Below are positions 63,290 through 64,000 of a stretch of 64,000 nt of DNA, in pieces. The stretch is from Xylographa opegraphella (Eukaryota). The notes under the pieces are model-generated. The model worked only from the letters and a program-made list of their open reading frames with translations. It was not told the origin of the DNA and ran no database searches. How positions within the stretch are numbered: position 1 is the stretch's first letter; each line of letters starts with the position of its first letter. A program made the translations under genes and the position numbers. The stretch spans positions 372,001 through 436,000 of the forward strand of contig JALDZX010000012.1 of assembly GCA_022813865.1 (NCBI GenBank). The letters run 5' to 3'.

Positions 63290-64000
63290 CTCGTGACGTG
63301 GGGCCTGGAAGTACGCCTTGGCTAGAAAGGTCGCTGGCTATCGGTTGTGGAATGAGACGGTGAATCGAGGAACCAGGGATGAGGTGGCGATGTGACTGAA
63401 GAACAAAGCGCCGGTTTGAATGTTGATGGGAAATCACGCAAAACTGGTAGATGTCAACGATTAGCTTAATTGTAGAGAGTCACAGCTCTTCAAGCTTTAA
63501 TACCTAAGCTCAACCGACGTAATAACCTGAAGAAGAAGCGGGAGCGACACTAAACTGCTTTGGAGATAGAGGGGCTCTTGGGGCGCAAAGTCAACGATAA
63601 TAAGCACTGCAGCCTACCTCAATCAGAGGAATATTCGTATCATTAGTGATCCGGCTGTAAGGTGGTGGTCGCTTTGAGGCTGGCTCCAGAAGGGTAGGAA
63701 GCATGCGAGGCGCATCAGGAAACCAACGTTGTCCTAGCTTGAGACAATTGTTGGGCCTTCTCTCACGCTCAGTGGCTTCGCCCCGTGGCCTCGCCCCGTG
63801 GCCTCGGCAAAAATTGTTGTCCCTCAAATCATCACGAGCTATCCGCGTGTGACATGAGAAACATGCCGTCATACGAGATGTGATGCGCAAAATAGCTCAA
63901 TCTCGACATGGCTCTTCCTGAGCTATTGAAGCTGCTCGGGGAAGAGATCATGGATCCCGAAGAAGGTATATAAGCTGAGGCTAGTCGTACGAGTCACTGA

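Overview
Gene-dense, intron-containing genomic DNA of a filamentous ascomycete (Pezizomycotina; short GT-AG introns with CTRAC/CTAAC branch sites). About 28 protein genes can be reconstructed by eye. They include New1/Elf1 (eEF3 family), a PHD-finger protein, a divergent methylisocitrate lyase / methylcitrate synthase pair, a BrlA-like C2H2 factor, a secreted Kex2/Ste13-type multi-peptide precursor, a CorA-like protein, two F-box proteins, TYW3, DUF2461, PUS7, a GAF hybrid histidine kinase, DUF2293, long-chain fatty alcohol oxidase, Rqt4/ASC-1, a Shb17-like phosphatase, a CHIP U-box ligase, a HeLo-like N-terminal domain protein, a LaeA-type methyltransferase, an amino-acid permease, a PTH11-like membrane protein and a long-chain acyl-CoA synthetase. 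The most unusual items are (i) a spliced 61-aa microprotein missed by the ORF track, with a ubiquitin-type LRGG motif followed by a 6-Cys tail, (ii) a precursor of His/Lys-rich peptides, (iii) an F-box gene split by a single in-frame TAG (A-to-I editing or pseudogene), (iv) a brlA-like gene, (v) two decayed tRNA-like Pol III elements and (vi) an 8x CATTCT array. All calls come from motif recognition; no database searches were run.
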